64,000 bases of DNA from Ascidiella aspersa (GCA_963924565.1 OZ004607.1:2480001-2544000), one strand, 5' to 3'. Positions 1 to 11,976 are shown, counted from the stretch's first letter. The notes: generated from the letters alone by a model not told the origin. Numbers and translations: made by a program.

Positions 1-1467
1 AATCCAACCAGTAGGCCCTTCAGGTGCTTCCTCGATTATCCCCCCCATTAACAGCTCTTCTAATTTTAATTCCACTTTTTCTCTCAGCTGAAATGGAATT
101 CTTCTCACAGGCTGTGCCACAGGTTTAACTTTATCATTGATGTGCAACTTCAACTTGTATTCCTTCAACAAACCAATTCCAGAAAACAGTTTTGGAAATC
201 TGGACAAAACATCATCATACACAGAGTTCACACAACTTGGCCCCAAGTGTAGTAATCCTAACACTTCTGCAGTATGCTTTCCAAGCAAGGTGTGACCTTT
301 TTTTTCTGTGACAATAAAATCTACCTTGCACTCTTGAAGACTGTCTTTAGATTTCACCTGGGCTGTAAAAGTTCCTAAGGTAGCAAGAGGCCCTTTACTG
401 CCATATGCATACAACGTCTTGGTAGACTTTCTGGTTTCTGCTTTAATTTTCTGCTTCTTTAGCCATTCCCATGTATCCTTGTCAACAATATTTGCTGACG
501 CCCCTGAATCAATCAAAATATTTGGCAAGGTAACACCACCAATTACCAGTGTCACTGTATAAAACTCTGTTAGAGGTTTTAGACCAAAAACAAATCCATC
601 ACCATCTTCTTTCTCTATTCCATTTTGTACAGTGTTATTATTGGAACGCCTTTCAAAAAGACGATGTCCCTCTTCACCATTATATTTTGATGGCTGGAAA
701 CCATTGGACCAACACTTTGATTTAAAGTGTCCAACTCTACCACATTTAGCACAAGCTTTTTTTCTAGCTGGACATATCATATCTTTCTTAAAATGTCCCT
801 TTTGACCACAAGCAAAACAGGTTTTTACTTCTTTTCTTGATGTTGAAGCAACCTGACGTTTTCCAGGCTTTTCAATGTAGTTGACTGTCTGGCTTTCCTC
901 CATCACTTTTGCTTGAGAATTCACAGCTTCAAATGCTTTGGACATTGACAACACATCTTTAAGGGTAAGTGTATCTCTCTCCAGAAACTTTCTACGTAGT
1001 GCATTTGAGTGACATTTATCAATTACTTGATCACGAATTTGGTCATCTGTCTCATTTCCAAAATTACAAGTAGCTGCACTTTGCCTTAGTCGACATACAA
1101 ACTGATCAACTGATTCGTCATTTGTTTGATGCAATTGACGAAACAAGTGTCTTTCAAAAGGTATGTTGCACTTTGGCATAAAATACTCATTTAAAACAGT
1201 TAAAGTTTCATCATAGGTCTTATTGTCATCTTCCTCGTTTACTAATGTATAGTAAATTTCCTGCACATTCATACCTGCAGTATGTAGCAACAGTGCCTTT
1301 TTCTGAGCGCTACTCGTGATTCCCTTTCCCACCAAGAATAGATTGAAAGCTCGTTTCCAACGCTTCCAGCGTTGAGACAAACCATGTGCATCGTCTTGAA
1401 CATCGAACGGTTTCAGTGCACCAACATCACTGTTTGACATTCCCACGAGGGCAGGATTCCCTTCCAT
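1..1467 (-). CDS. Gag-protease-(RT) polyprotein, 3'-partial
   Basis: Translated by hand: MEGNPALVGMSNSDVGALKPFD...WKRWKRAFNLFLVGKGI (Gag); two zinc knuckles CFACGQKGH...C and CAKCGRVGHFKSKC; protease site ILIDSGAS; pre-RT motif PVAQPVRRIPFQLREKV. The ATG and the last codons (GPTGWI) are in the same frame. Missing from the ORF track because it has no stop inside the window. Confidence 0.9.
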   Translation of the reverse strand, partial: MEGNPALVGMSNSDVGALKPFDVQDDAHGLSQRWKRWKRAFNLFLVGKGITSSAQKKALLLHTAGMNVQEIYYTLVNEEDDNKTYDETLTVLNEYFMPKCNIPFERHLFRQLHQTNDESVDQFVCRLRQSAATCNFGNETDDQIRDQVIDKCHSNALRRKFLERDTLTLKDVLSMSKAFEAVNSQAKVMEESQTVNYIEKPGKRQVASTSRKEVKTCFACGQKGHFKKDMICPARKKACAKCGRVGHFKSKCWSNGFQPSKYNGEEGHRLFERRSNNNTVQNGIEKEDGDGFVFGLKPLTEFYTVTLVIGGVTLPNILIDSGASANIVDKDTWEWLKKQKIKAETRKSTKTLYAYGSKGPLATLGTFTAQVKSKDSLQECKVDFIVTEKKGHTLLGKHTAEVLGLLHLGPSCVNSVYDDVLSRFPKLFSGIGLLKEYKLKLHINDKVKPVAQPVRRIPFQLREKVELKLEELLMGGIIEEAPEGPTGWI

Positions 1468-1523
1468 TACCTTCAGAAAGTTCCACAATCAACCCAAATG
1501 TTGATTAAATGAATGAAAAACAG

Positions 1524-1536
1524 ATCCTCGTCGCCA
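1524..1536 (-). promoter_or_regulatory. Primer-binding site, tRNA-Ser(GCT)
   Basis: Plus strand ATCCTCGTCGCCA equals the metazoan tRNA-Ser(GCT) 3' end plus CCA (from recalled sequence), 2 nt from the LTR end. Confidence 0.85.
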
Positions 1537-1538
1537 AA

Positions 1539-1700
1539 TGTAGCGTCTCACTCACGCTTTTAGGGATTCAAACGGATTTATTACGCTGCTGTCAATTACG
1601 CAGCACAACTTCAGCACACGCTAGGTAGAATCCTTATGTACACAACAGTTCATGTAACAGACGACACGAAATGGTAACCGGCACATTATAAAACACTACA
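1539..1700 (-). repeat. 5' LTR (162 bp) of the Gypsy element
   Basis: TGTAG...CTACA inverted termini, internal AATAAA on the minus strand, directly abutting the PBS. Confidence 0.88.
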
Positions 1701-4290
1701 GATAGTGGTTATGTTAGAAATATAACTAGTTATGACAGTGATTAATGCGACTGTTTTAAGATGAAAAATCGGCGGACCATAACGTCCTATTTCACTTATT
1801 AATCTATTAGGCATACCGTTATGAGTTAGTTCAGCAGCTTAGAGCCTAACATACATTAAATACTCCAGTTTGTTATAACGCTTATTAGGTGTAGGCCTAC
1901 AAATATTTAAATAACGGCAAATTGGTGCGTCGATTTTAAATTTTGAAAGGCGGCGCGAGACGTCACACTCCGTTAAGCGAGAGGCATTCTTTCGCCAAGC
2001 GCGCGTCTAAAAACGCCTTTGTTTCGCCAAGCGCGCGTCTAAAAGTTAGTTTGCGAACCACATAAGTTATGTGTATGTGAGAAGTGTGATAAACATCAGC
2101 CAGTTGCAGTTATCTTGTTCTCAACTTTAAAAAGATTAGGATAAAAAAGAAAAGGAAGGTGGATATGTCTAGGTCAAGCCATTTATGGTAAGTTAAAACA
2201 TTACTGTTTTTTATTTAATTTATATGTCAACACTTTTGTTGAAAAAGAAACAAGAACATATACCCCACTGATATTTACTACTTTACCTTTTTTGGTGATA
2301 TTATTGTTGGACCCAGTCAAGTTCACACCAAAAACTTGTAGGTTAAGCAATGTTAATAAATAATTAATATAATACTATTTGACCCACCCTTATCCAAATA
2401 AAAAGACAATTTCTCCTTTGTTAAATCATTTATTTTAGTTTTTATTTTTATCTTTCAGCAATCCCAAACTGCAAAAAATGAAGTTGTCTCAGTGGATAAG
2501 AGTTACAAAAAGCCATTAGAGGTGCAAAATTAATATTTGCAATATTTTGCTATTTTATATGGTAATAATTGTCAATGTTGTTTTTAGATATTACCTTTAT
2601 TTGTACAAGTGTGCTTTATATAGTAAAATTCTTTACATGAGGCAATTTTGTTTACCTAAATAGTTTTGTAACATTAACTAAATTGCACTCATTGGAACTA
2701 TAGGTTACTGATAAACCAAATTCCATTAGTATCGGTACTTCTCATCATATTAATTTATGCACTTTGCCATGTTTTTCGATCCACTGTAGTGTTTTCTAAT
2801 TTGAAGTTAAATTTCTGAGAAAATTTTACATTAAAAATCACTAAAGAGTCTTTCCTGTAAATGCACTTATAAATTTGTTTTGCTCATTTTAATATAGTAA
2901 TGACGTAATTTGGTATTGGATCAGATCCCGTTACATTTTGCCTAAATTTTTTGTATTAGACATTCCTAATTTTAAGTATAAAAACACAAATATGCATGTA
3001 GTAAGTGATATTATTTTAAAGTATAGGCACATACAGACTACGGCACTATAATTTCTTTTTAACTTCATGTGTTTTTTTACAGACAAGCAAGGATTATTAT
3101 CAGCAGTGTCCACTATGCTTAACAATGGACCGTATCTGGTCAGGTGAAGGAAATTAACCAAACGCCATTGAAAAACAAAGAACTATTCTTCTGGTAAGAA
3201 ATATGTTTATAGCTCCTGTTAAGTGATAATATACAATAAAATAACTCCAAACAATAAAGACTAATGTTGCCTAAAATTGATACTGTTAACATTACTTATT
3301 TTATAATTCATATATGTTTAGATTAGTGGAATATATTTGTCTGATGGCTTTTGAGAAGGATCGCAAAACTTAGTTTGCATTAAGTGAAGGACATATTTGT
3401 TTTTGTAGAAAAAGACAACCACATATCATGTTACAAGGGCTGTCCAGGACTCCTAAATAACCATTCATAGCAGTGTTTGTCAGTGCAGAAAAAAAACTAC
3501 TGTTGTAAAAATCTAACCCCACTTCTGTATATACCATTGTGTGTTTAATATGAGTGATGTCCCCACATGTACGTTTAGCCCTTCATTTTTTATAGTCTTT
3601 TTGGTGAAACGTTCTTAAATGTTAGTGATACGTTGATTATAATTATTGTTTGCAAAATAATGCTATTTTCATTGTAATTTTAAAGTATTTTTCCTTATGT
3701 TGTTTTTTCTTTTGTATTTTTATTTGTCAAGTTCCATTTGTTACAACAGTGTTCTTTCTAATACACTTTCTTATTTGCTTCTTAGAAATTGTGGTGAACG
3801 CAAAATTATTTGGGTGAATTCTTTTTCTACCCAACAATGTTGAATTTCTCGACAAATGTATACCTTGAATATTATGTATGGCACGAACTAAAATTACCCA
3901 ATATAGCATTTGGGTGAAACAAAGCGATACCAAAAAATATTTATTGGGAATCCCCACGAGCGTACCCAGAAAAGTAAAGTGTGTACAACCTAATATTACC
4001 TAAGAATACCATTTGGGTGGAACAATGCGATACCCAAAAATATTTATTGGGAATCCCCACGAGCGTACCCAGGAAATTAAATTAGGTACAGGCTTATGTT
4101 ACACCCATGTAATTTAGGTAAAATAATGTGATACCCAATAATTTAGATTAGGTAGATATCAGTGGTACCCAAGGTATTTTGGGTATTAATTACCCAAAAA
4201 TATTTATTGGGAATCCCCACGAGCGTACCCTGTTTGACAAAAAAGTACCCAATGATTTTGGGTATTGAATACCCAATTTTGCTAACAGTG
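1701..4290. mobile_element. Probable CACTA/CMC-like DNA transposon, right part (left end presumably beyond the Gypsy insertion)
   Basis: Ends ...GCTAACAGTG (CACTGTTAGC terminus). Dense subterminal TACCCAA/TTGGGTA repeats and three copies of a ~40-bp unit AAAAATATTTATTGGGAATCCCCACGAGCGTACCC at 3930-4230. The left boundary is inferred only. Confidence 0.5.
1991..2044. repeat. 22-bp direct repeat x2 (TTCGCCAAGCGCGCGTCTAAAA)
   Basis: Two identical CpG-rich copies at 1991-2012 and 2023-2044. Confidence 0.8.
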
Positions 4291-4865
4291 TATGGCAGCT
4301 ACATATTACCTAACCACAGTAGATGCTTGAATTACTACTTCTCAGTCGCATTAACTGGAGATGATACAAGCTCATATCGAAACGTTTTAATCGTGATGCT
4401 GTCGATCTTCTTAACCTTTATGGCTTTGTAATTTATTAATTATCATTACTAAAATATCTTTTTTATATCGGTATCGAATAACGTACAAGTTGCAAACTTT
4501 TGCGATATTTGACGTATGTTTTGGTTAAGAGGCCGCTGTTTTTCTCAATTTAATCAATTTAATGGTGTTGTTTCGTTGTTTTTTACAAGTTCATTATAAA
4601 CCAAGCATTTTGCGCGAGTTTGGAAAGTTTAGTTCCTATTGAAAGGTTCGGGTTCGATAAACGTTTTTTTATGTTAATTGCGCAACAAAACAATAACAGT
4701 CTGGTCACAGATGTGCGCTTAAGAGAAAAAAAGAAATTTAAGTTAGTTAAGATAAGCAAAATTATCTATATAATATTAAAGAGCATTGGCCAGAGGTTGT
4801 GGCTGTGCAGTGCCTAGTATTATTAGTGAGCTATACTTGTTACTTTTCAGAACGAAAATTAAAAC

Positions 4866-5579
4866 ATGTCAAACAATCAAATTGAATTTTCTACGACGGA
4901 ACTGACAAAACAGAGCGATGATGGATTTTCTGATGATTCTGGGTCATCACAAGAACATGAACCTGTAAGTGAAGAGTCTGATTATAAAGAACAAAGTGAT
5001 TCGGATCTAAAGAAAACTTCTGAGAAGCAAATAAGTAAGGACAATCCAACAAAAAAGAACGAAATTGCAAGCAACAGCTTTGAGTTCCGTTGCAACATTT
5101 GCGAAAAGTTGTTCGAAAAGCGCTTTAAGCTCAATGCACATTTGTCCAGATTACACTTCAAGAAACACAAATGTGAGGTTTGTGGGAAACTGTTTGGGAG
5201 AAATAGCGAACTTGAAGATCATGTGAGAACTCATACTGGAGAAAAGCCTTTTAAATGTGCTTATTGCGCTAAATGTTTCAAAGTAGCTCAAAACTTGCAA
5301 GTACACGAACGAATTCACACTGGGGAAAGACCATATAAGTGCAAACATTGTGGAAAGCGTTTCACTCATTTGTCTAGCCTCAAAACTCATAACAAAATAC
5401 ACACCGGAGAAAAACCTTACAAATGTAAAGTTTGTGTCAAGTGTTTTGCTAGGGCAGCTACCCTTAAAGTTCATGAAAGAATTCACACTGGAGAAAAGCC
5501 TTTCAAATGTAAAGATTGCGAAAAATACTTTTCCCAGCTGGGACCTCTTCGAAAACATCAAAAGACTCACATCAAATGA
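4866..5579 (+). CDS. C2H2 zinc-finger protein, 6 fingers, acidic leader (ZNF-A)
   Basis: Open ORF with TGEKP linkers; splice acceptor TTTTCAG ending at 4850; AAACATG start; AATAAA at 5821. Confidence 0.93.
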   Translation: MSNNQIEFSTTELTKQSDDGFSDDSGSSQEHEPVSEESDYKEQSDSDLKKTSEKQISKDNPTKKNEIASNSFEFRCNICEKLFEKRFKLNAHLSRLHFKKHKCEVCGKLFGRNSELEDHVRTHTGEKPFKCAYCAKCFKVAQNLQVHERIHTGERPYKCKHCGKRFTHLSSLKTHNKIHTGEKPYKCKVCVKCFARAATLKVHERIHTGEKPFKCKDCEKYFSQLGPLRKHQKTHIK

Positions 5580-6807
5580 ATGCTTCGTAACAACAACAAA
5601 CCTTATAGTGCTTAGAACAATCCAATACAGATAAGCAAATGAATAACCACAAAACCTAAAATTGAAGTACACTTTTGCCTCGTTCTAATAACTTTCTAAA
5701 AATCGCTTTTTCATGTAAATTTACCAGTTGTTTCATCAGCAACTCTTGAAAGAAAATTTCTTGGCAAATTTAGCGCGTTTTTTGCTTTGTGTATCACCCC
5801 TAGATTTAAATCTGTCACAAAATAAATAAACAGCGCTGTGTTTAAAACATTAGTTTTTTATTACGTCATTTCTCGTAACATATATGCTTAATTTCGTGAA
5901 TTTAAACAGCCGCATGAAATTTATTAAGATTTATATTTATGCAACCACGCAAAATAAGCTCTACAACAGAATGGTAAAAAAATGATAAATGTTATGGTTT
6001 TGAAAGACTGCGTTCTTTAAGGCTACTGTAAGTTTTAACGGCCGAATATTTGTCTTTGTAAGTTGTAACGGCCCAATATTACTTTGGTTCTTTGAAACAG
6101 CATCTTGCAAGGAATATTAAACGACACTACTGTCTTATACCAATGTAAAAAATAATATATTATGCAATAAGAATATCAAAGCCCATACAGAATAACTCTT
6201 TATTCATTTTCAACATAGATATGATATTCTTATTACGTCTTACTACAACCTCCAACCATTATGCTCCAAAAAAAATATATTATGCGTTTTAAAAAATTAA
6301 CATCAAATAGCCGCATGTGGCCTGTGAGCCACAGTTTGCCAACCTCTGTAAATGTATATATATCATTTGTACCTGGATAATATACGAAATACATTGCGTT
6401 CTTTCAGTGAACTTTGATACTGGTTTCGGTTTGCCTAACAAGACAACATGATGCTCTAATGTGGACATGTTTGATAATGCTATAAACTAGGTAATCGGTT
6501 ATATATTAAGATGTCATCTTATAAGCAATAAATGCAAAAAGTTGAAAACGTATATGAGTTTGTCGCTTAAATGAGTTAATTTGCTGTGATTGTTGTTTGA
6601 TGTATAGAGTTTATATATTGTGTAAGATAAATTTAAGCATTCAATGCATTTATCTTTATAAATAAAAAAAGAAAACACGCAGCGCTTTAGCATCTAGCGA
6701 CTGTCTTTAAAAACTGCCAAACGACATCAACCATGATTAATTTTAAAGTATATTTGATTTGTCCGTTTCAAACCAAAAATAAACTACGCTTAATCTATTT
6801 GTACATG

Positions 6808-6900
6808 TAACTATCCATGCCTAACTTAAAACTAGCCATGCGTTACATTAAATCAGCCATGCGTTTCGGGCTTGCGTAAACGGAAATCATCAGTTTCAGA
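6808..6900 (+). promoter_or_regulatory. Putative ZNF promoter module: tandem CCATGCGTT motifs plus ETS-like CGGAA
   Basis: Motif array recurs at 12350, 22205, 28350, 39400 and 47995, each upstream of a ZNF unit. Confidence 0.45.
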
Positions 6901-7345
6901 AAAGCTGTGCGATGTTTATAGTTGCATTTCTGCAAAGCAGGCAGTGGCATTTTGTTTAGCTTATCGCGGTAAAAGCGTTCAACATTGTTTCTTAAAATTA
7001 CGATTTATTAGTTAGAAAAATGACAGCTGTATACGTTTGCTTGGAAACTGCAGATGTGGTTATGATTATATAATATACATAAAAATTTAGTGTTTATGTG
7101 GCAGCTCCATATTAACTAACAACAGCTACAATATTGGCCTTGTATATCAACACAATTTTAAATAAGGATGCACCATCATTAACCCTGTAAGAGGTTTAAG
7201 CCATTTAGTATAATTGTATACATGACGCTCAGTGGCTTATTTAGCAAGCTGTAAGTTGTAGGTTAAGAGTAGTAATTTAGCCGTCCATAGATTTTTGTTT
7301 ATGCTTCAGATAACAGTATGCTTTAGACTACAGTATTGTTTACAG

Positions 7346-7643
7346 CAGTTATTCCCAACTGTGTGCCGCGGCACACTGGTGTGCCTCGAGAGACTACTAA
7401 GTGTGCCGCGAAACTTTTTGTTATTTCGGAAAATAAGTTGTTTGTAATATACAAATTGGCATACACTTAGACTTAAAGCGCACTATAGCCATTACAAAGA
7501 ATCATGTTGAGACATTTGCAAATAGTTTGTCGTGTGGCAAGGGCGAATGTAAAATGACTCTATTGTTGTTCTGTTAAAAGTGTTCCGCGAAATATTTAAG
7601 ATATTTTTAGTGTGCCGTGAGTCAAAACATTTGGGAACCACTG
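7346..7643. mobile_element. hAT MITE
   Basis: CAGTTATTCCCAA...TTGGGAACCACTG TIRs; perfect 8-bp TSD GTTTACAG. Confidence 0.9.
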
Positions 7644-8087
7644 GTTTACAGTATGCCGGTAAAAAGCGAACAGACTTACGGGATGTCAATAACCTCCGCA
7701 GCGTGTTTCTTCTTAAAGAAAGGACCACTTAGGCCTAATAAGGATATATTCAATTTCTAACATCAATATAGCAACGGGATAATTTTTACCCAATGATCCT
7801 TTATTAATTTTACTTAAATAAAGGGTTTGCAATTATCCCTGTGCCATCCGTATGTATTGAGCTTTACTTTTCGGATTTTAAAATTTAAGCAATCTTGTTA
7901 AGTAAAGGAACTACTTATATATTTTATAAATCGCTATATTTTAAGACGTTGTACACCCCTGTCTTAAGATTGCAAGGTTTTTTTTTTTTGGTATGAGATG
8001 GTTGATTTATGGAATGTGGAGCTATTTGTATTGATGTGCAAAAAAAAACTCATTACAATTTTATGTTCTAGCAATACACCAAACACC

Positions 8088-8865
8088 TGTGGGGGTATGG
8101 GTCCGGATTAAATGAGTCTTCATTTATATAATTGCCAAGATGAATCGACCACACTCCTACAAGATTTGAGATGGCCTGTCTTCGTGAGGCCATTCAGGTC
8201 CAATTCTTTCCTTTAGTTCAGATACATGAACAGTCAATTTTTGCTGTCTTCAGTCAAAGCTGTAAAAGCCTCTATCTCTTTTTCTGGTTTATATTGATTG
8301 AACACGCTATTTATAGACGAGAATCAGTTAAGAAAATTTCTGCGATAAAGAAAGATTTACGTCATTAATTCTTATAATACTTAACAAAATATCACGTGAT
8401 AACAAGGCGTGGTTTAAACCTTTTTCACACTTATTTCTGACGCGAAACATACAAATTTTACGTCAAAATACGATTGCGAAACAGCCTCTGCCTCCAGTTA
8501 AAATGTCAACAGTTTAAAAATCACACAACCGGGGAAACCGGCTAATGTTCAGACCGCGGTGTTTTGAAACATATACAAAAAAACGGATGTAAATACCTTG
8601 ACGCATAAAAATTGGTGTCAGCAATTTGAATTGTTTGCAAATTCGCTGCAAATATTATGTGGTTGCAAGAAATCTACGTAACGGAATTTTACCGAAAACT
8701 TTCCGCTTATCGTTTGCACATTGGCTGCAAGGAGTAACGTAAACATTAGAATATGGTTACAAAGAATTTAGGCCATAGATTTTTACTGAAAATTTTCCGT
8801 TACGACACATCGATTAAAAACAAAAATTCTCTGTGTAAACACAATATGACAAAATGGCTTCTACA
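8088..8865 (-). repeat. 3' LTR
   Basis: Direct repeat of 11199-11976; TATAAATA on the minus strand near 8310. Confidence 0.93.
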
Positions 8866-11167
8866 AATATTCCCACGCTAGATTTTGGAACAGCTTGCAT
8901 ATTAAAAGCTGGTTATTTGTTTGTGAAATGTGTGTGGACACGTGGACGCGAAAATTGTTCGATCACATAACGCATTTGCGCAATTGTTTTAGTCAGATTC
9001 CTGATTCCTCGAGAAAGTTTTCTCTTTGGTGCCTGAATTAGCAACCGAGGACTTTGATGTCAGCGTTCGCTGAGTTGCTCGAAATTGTTGTGTGCTTGAC
9101 ACACCATTGCATTGCTGTGGATTGAGCTTTTCAGGCGATCTGTGCGGCAGCAGGGGAAACTCCCTGTTTGGTGCGTTGTAATTTTGACGTCACCGGAAAG
9201 CCATTCATTGTGCGCTGCGCTGTGCTGTGACCTTTCGCTGTCCAACGTGCTTTTGTATTCTGAAAAATGCGAAATATTTTTCGGCAGATGTGTGTTCGTA
9301 TGTCTTGAACATTTTGATTGCAACACTTCAAACTTAAGTTATTAACATTTTGGTTATAGACACACATATTTTTTTTATACTTATATATATATAGGCGCGA
9401 CAGGTTACACTTAAAGTTTGAGACAATTAATTATTGCAATATATTCATTTAAATTTATATTCTTTGCGATTCATACAATGACATATACTTTATAGCGATT
9501 ACATGGTTATTTAATTTACATTATACGCGATACATAGAGTAACTTATACATAATGGTAACATTTTTACATTTCTTCGCTTCAACAGCGATACATACAATG
9601 ATTATAGTTATAACAATTTTGCAACAAGTGAACATTTGTGGGGCATTTCGCGAGCAACGTGCATTTTCATTGAAATTGGTTATCGTCATTCGACTGGCTA
9701 GTCGAAGTTTATCATAACTTCATTTTGGCGTGGCAACTCTAGGGTTTGTGAAATAGGACAGGCGTTGTTGGAAATTCTATCCAGCTATTTAGTAATTGCG
9801 ACCGCATATAGGTCTTGGTCGGATAAGGGGATTTTCTTATCGTGGAAATGGTAGAATTAACCACCATGATATATTTAGGGTCAACGTAGCAACAACACGT
9901 TAGCGATGAAAACTAGTGACCTAGCAAGCTATAGGATATTTGACGTTACCGAATATCATTGGTAACTTGCGGAATACATTTATAGCACTCGCTGAGAACT
10001 AATGCGTATGCTATGTATTCTTTTGAAAAGATAAGTGAAATTTATCTGGAAACGTAGAATTTTTGCTTTACATTTCGCTTGGAGGGATTAAGTACCGGCG
10101 TTGAAAAGCGATAACTTACGGAAACACCGCTAATGGGTTTTGTCGGTTGCTAGCTTACCAACATATTCAAAAGCGATCGAGTGGCAACTAAGCCTTGTAA
10201 GCCAGGCACGCCTTGGGCGTAAGTTTACAGATGAACAAGCTACTTTTTACGTAGGGTCAAGTGTCTTAACGCGTACTGGCAATCCTTGTTAAAATAGTAA
10301 GCTTTTGCGAGTGAGTTTCACAAAATGGTTCATGAGATATAATATATTAGACGTATAGAAGTGTACACTTAAAATTAGTCATTTTGACTGGCTTGCGTTT
10401 TATAAGTAGCTGCGGATCCGTTTATAGAAACGCTGTTTGTTTTAGGAAGGGAAAATGCGGTTGGAAACGAGTTCAGTTTCCACGTAGAGTGCCGTTACGG
10501 AAATTGTTTGATTTACGCCTATTTAATTGGGGTTGCATTTGAAAAGCACGAAGGCAAGCGATGCATTGAAAATATTTACATAAAACATTTAACACATTAC
10601 GAACGCGAGCAGGGTTTTATCCCTAAAGTCGTGTTTATAGACTTACACGAGTTGAAGCATATTTTTCGCTTGTGAATGACATTACTATGCTTTTACGAAG
10701 TATTTCCGCTACGCGTGCTTTGACGCGGGCAAAATTTGGACACATTTGAATGGCTCAAAAAAATGTCGCATAAACACTTTACAGACCTTTCGGTCGGTAT
10801 TTTAATAATTATATACATATATATTAAAAGTATAATAGATTTTCACCTGATAAACTAGGCAGAATCAGTTATTGTGAAATCCATAATTCCGTTTCGTTTT
10901 CCATGATTCCAAACAGTGGTGATGTCTTTATCGGCAACGCTTGTTTGTATTTCGTGTTTCGAATTCCAAGCAAATGCTTTGCTGACGCTATGGAGCGTCT
11001 CTTCACGTATCTTTCGATGAGATTAATTTCTTCTAAAGCTGGCTTCTTGCAAGTTCCAAACATGACAGTTTTTAGGCGGCCGTTTGTAGGTGGTCCATAC
11101 AGATTAAGGCACATATTTTTTTCTTTGAGCTTCGTTTCTTCAGTCTTCTTGGGAAAGTAGTTTGCAG

Positions 11168-11195
11168 GTGGTTCGTTCGTCACACGCGGGCATCA
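11168..11195 (-). promoter_or_regulatory. Degenerate PBS resembling elongator tRNA-Met 3' end
   Basis: Plus strand GTGGTTCGTTCGTCACACGCGGGCATCA versus recalled tRNA-Met GTGAGTTCGATCCTCACACGGGGCACCA; 3 nt from the LTR. Confidence 0.65.
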
Positions 11196-11198
11196 ATT

Positions 11199-11976
11199 TG
11201 TGGGGGTATGGGTCCGGATTAAATGAGTCTTCATTTATATAATTGCCAAGATGAATCGACCACACTCCTACAAGATTTGAGATGGCCTGTCTTCGTGAGG
11301 CCATTCAGGTCCAATTCTTTCCTTTAGTTCAGATACATGAACAGTTAATTTTTGCTGTCTTCAGTCAAAGCTGTAAAAGCCTCTATCTCTTTTTCTGGTT
11401 TATATTGATTGAACACGCTATTTATAGACGAGAATCAGTTAAGAAAATTTCTGCGATAAAGAAAGATTTACGTCATTAATTCTTATAATACTTAACAAAA
11501 TATCACGTGATAACAAGGCGTGGTTTAAACCTTTTTCACACTTATTTCTGACGCGAAACATACAAATTTTACGTCAAAATGCGATTGCGAAACAGCCTCT
11601 GCCTCCAGTTAAAATGTCAACAGTTTAAAAATCACACAACCGGGGAAACCGGCTAATGTTCAGACCGCGGTGTTTTGAAACATATACAAAAAAACGGATG
11701 TAAATACCTTGACGCATAAAAATTGGTGTCAGCAATTTGAATTGTTTGCAAATTCGCTGCAAATATTATGTGGTTGCAAGAAATCTACGTAACGGAATTT
11801 TACCGAAAACTTTCCGCTTATCGTTTGCACATTGGCTGCAAGGAGTAACGTAAACATTAGAATATGGTTACAAAGAATTTAGGCCATAGATTTTTACTGA
11901 AAATTTTCCGTTACGACACATCGATTAAAAACAAAAATTCTCTGTGTAAACACAATATGACAAAATGGCTTCTACA
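11199..11976 (-). repeat. 5' LTR
   Basis: Direct repeat of 8088-8865, adjacent to the PBS. Confidence 0.93.

Larger units (their letters stand above)
1..1700 (-). mobile_element. Ty3/Gypsy LTR retrotransposon, Mag-like (5' part; continues beyond window start)
   Basis: 5' LTR 1539-1700, then tRNA-Ser PBS TGGCGACGAGGAT, then an open gag-protease-RT ORF on the minus strand. Confidence 0.93.
8088..11976 (-). mobile_element. Young non-autonomous LTR retroelement (no gag/pol)
   Basis: Two 778-bp TG...CA LTRs differing at only 2 positions seen by eye; 4-bp TSD CACC; paralogous empty site at ~25212; tRNA-Met-like PBS; 2.3-kb internal region with no retroviral ORF. Confidence 0.93.

Noticed and set aside
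3928-4230. Three ~40-bp repeats with spacers, superficially CRISPR-like
   Set aside because: Eukaryotic context, irregular and self-similar spacers, no cas genes; better explained as transposon subterminal repeats.
8171-8368. Duplicated 65-aa ORF (also at 11282)
   Set aside because: Lies within the two LTRs; the duplication reflects LTR identity.
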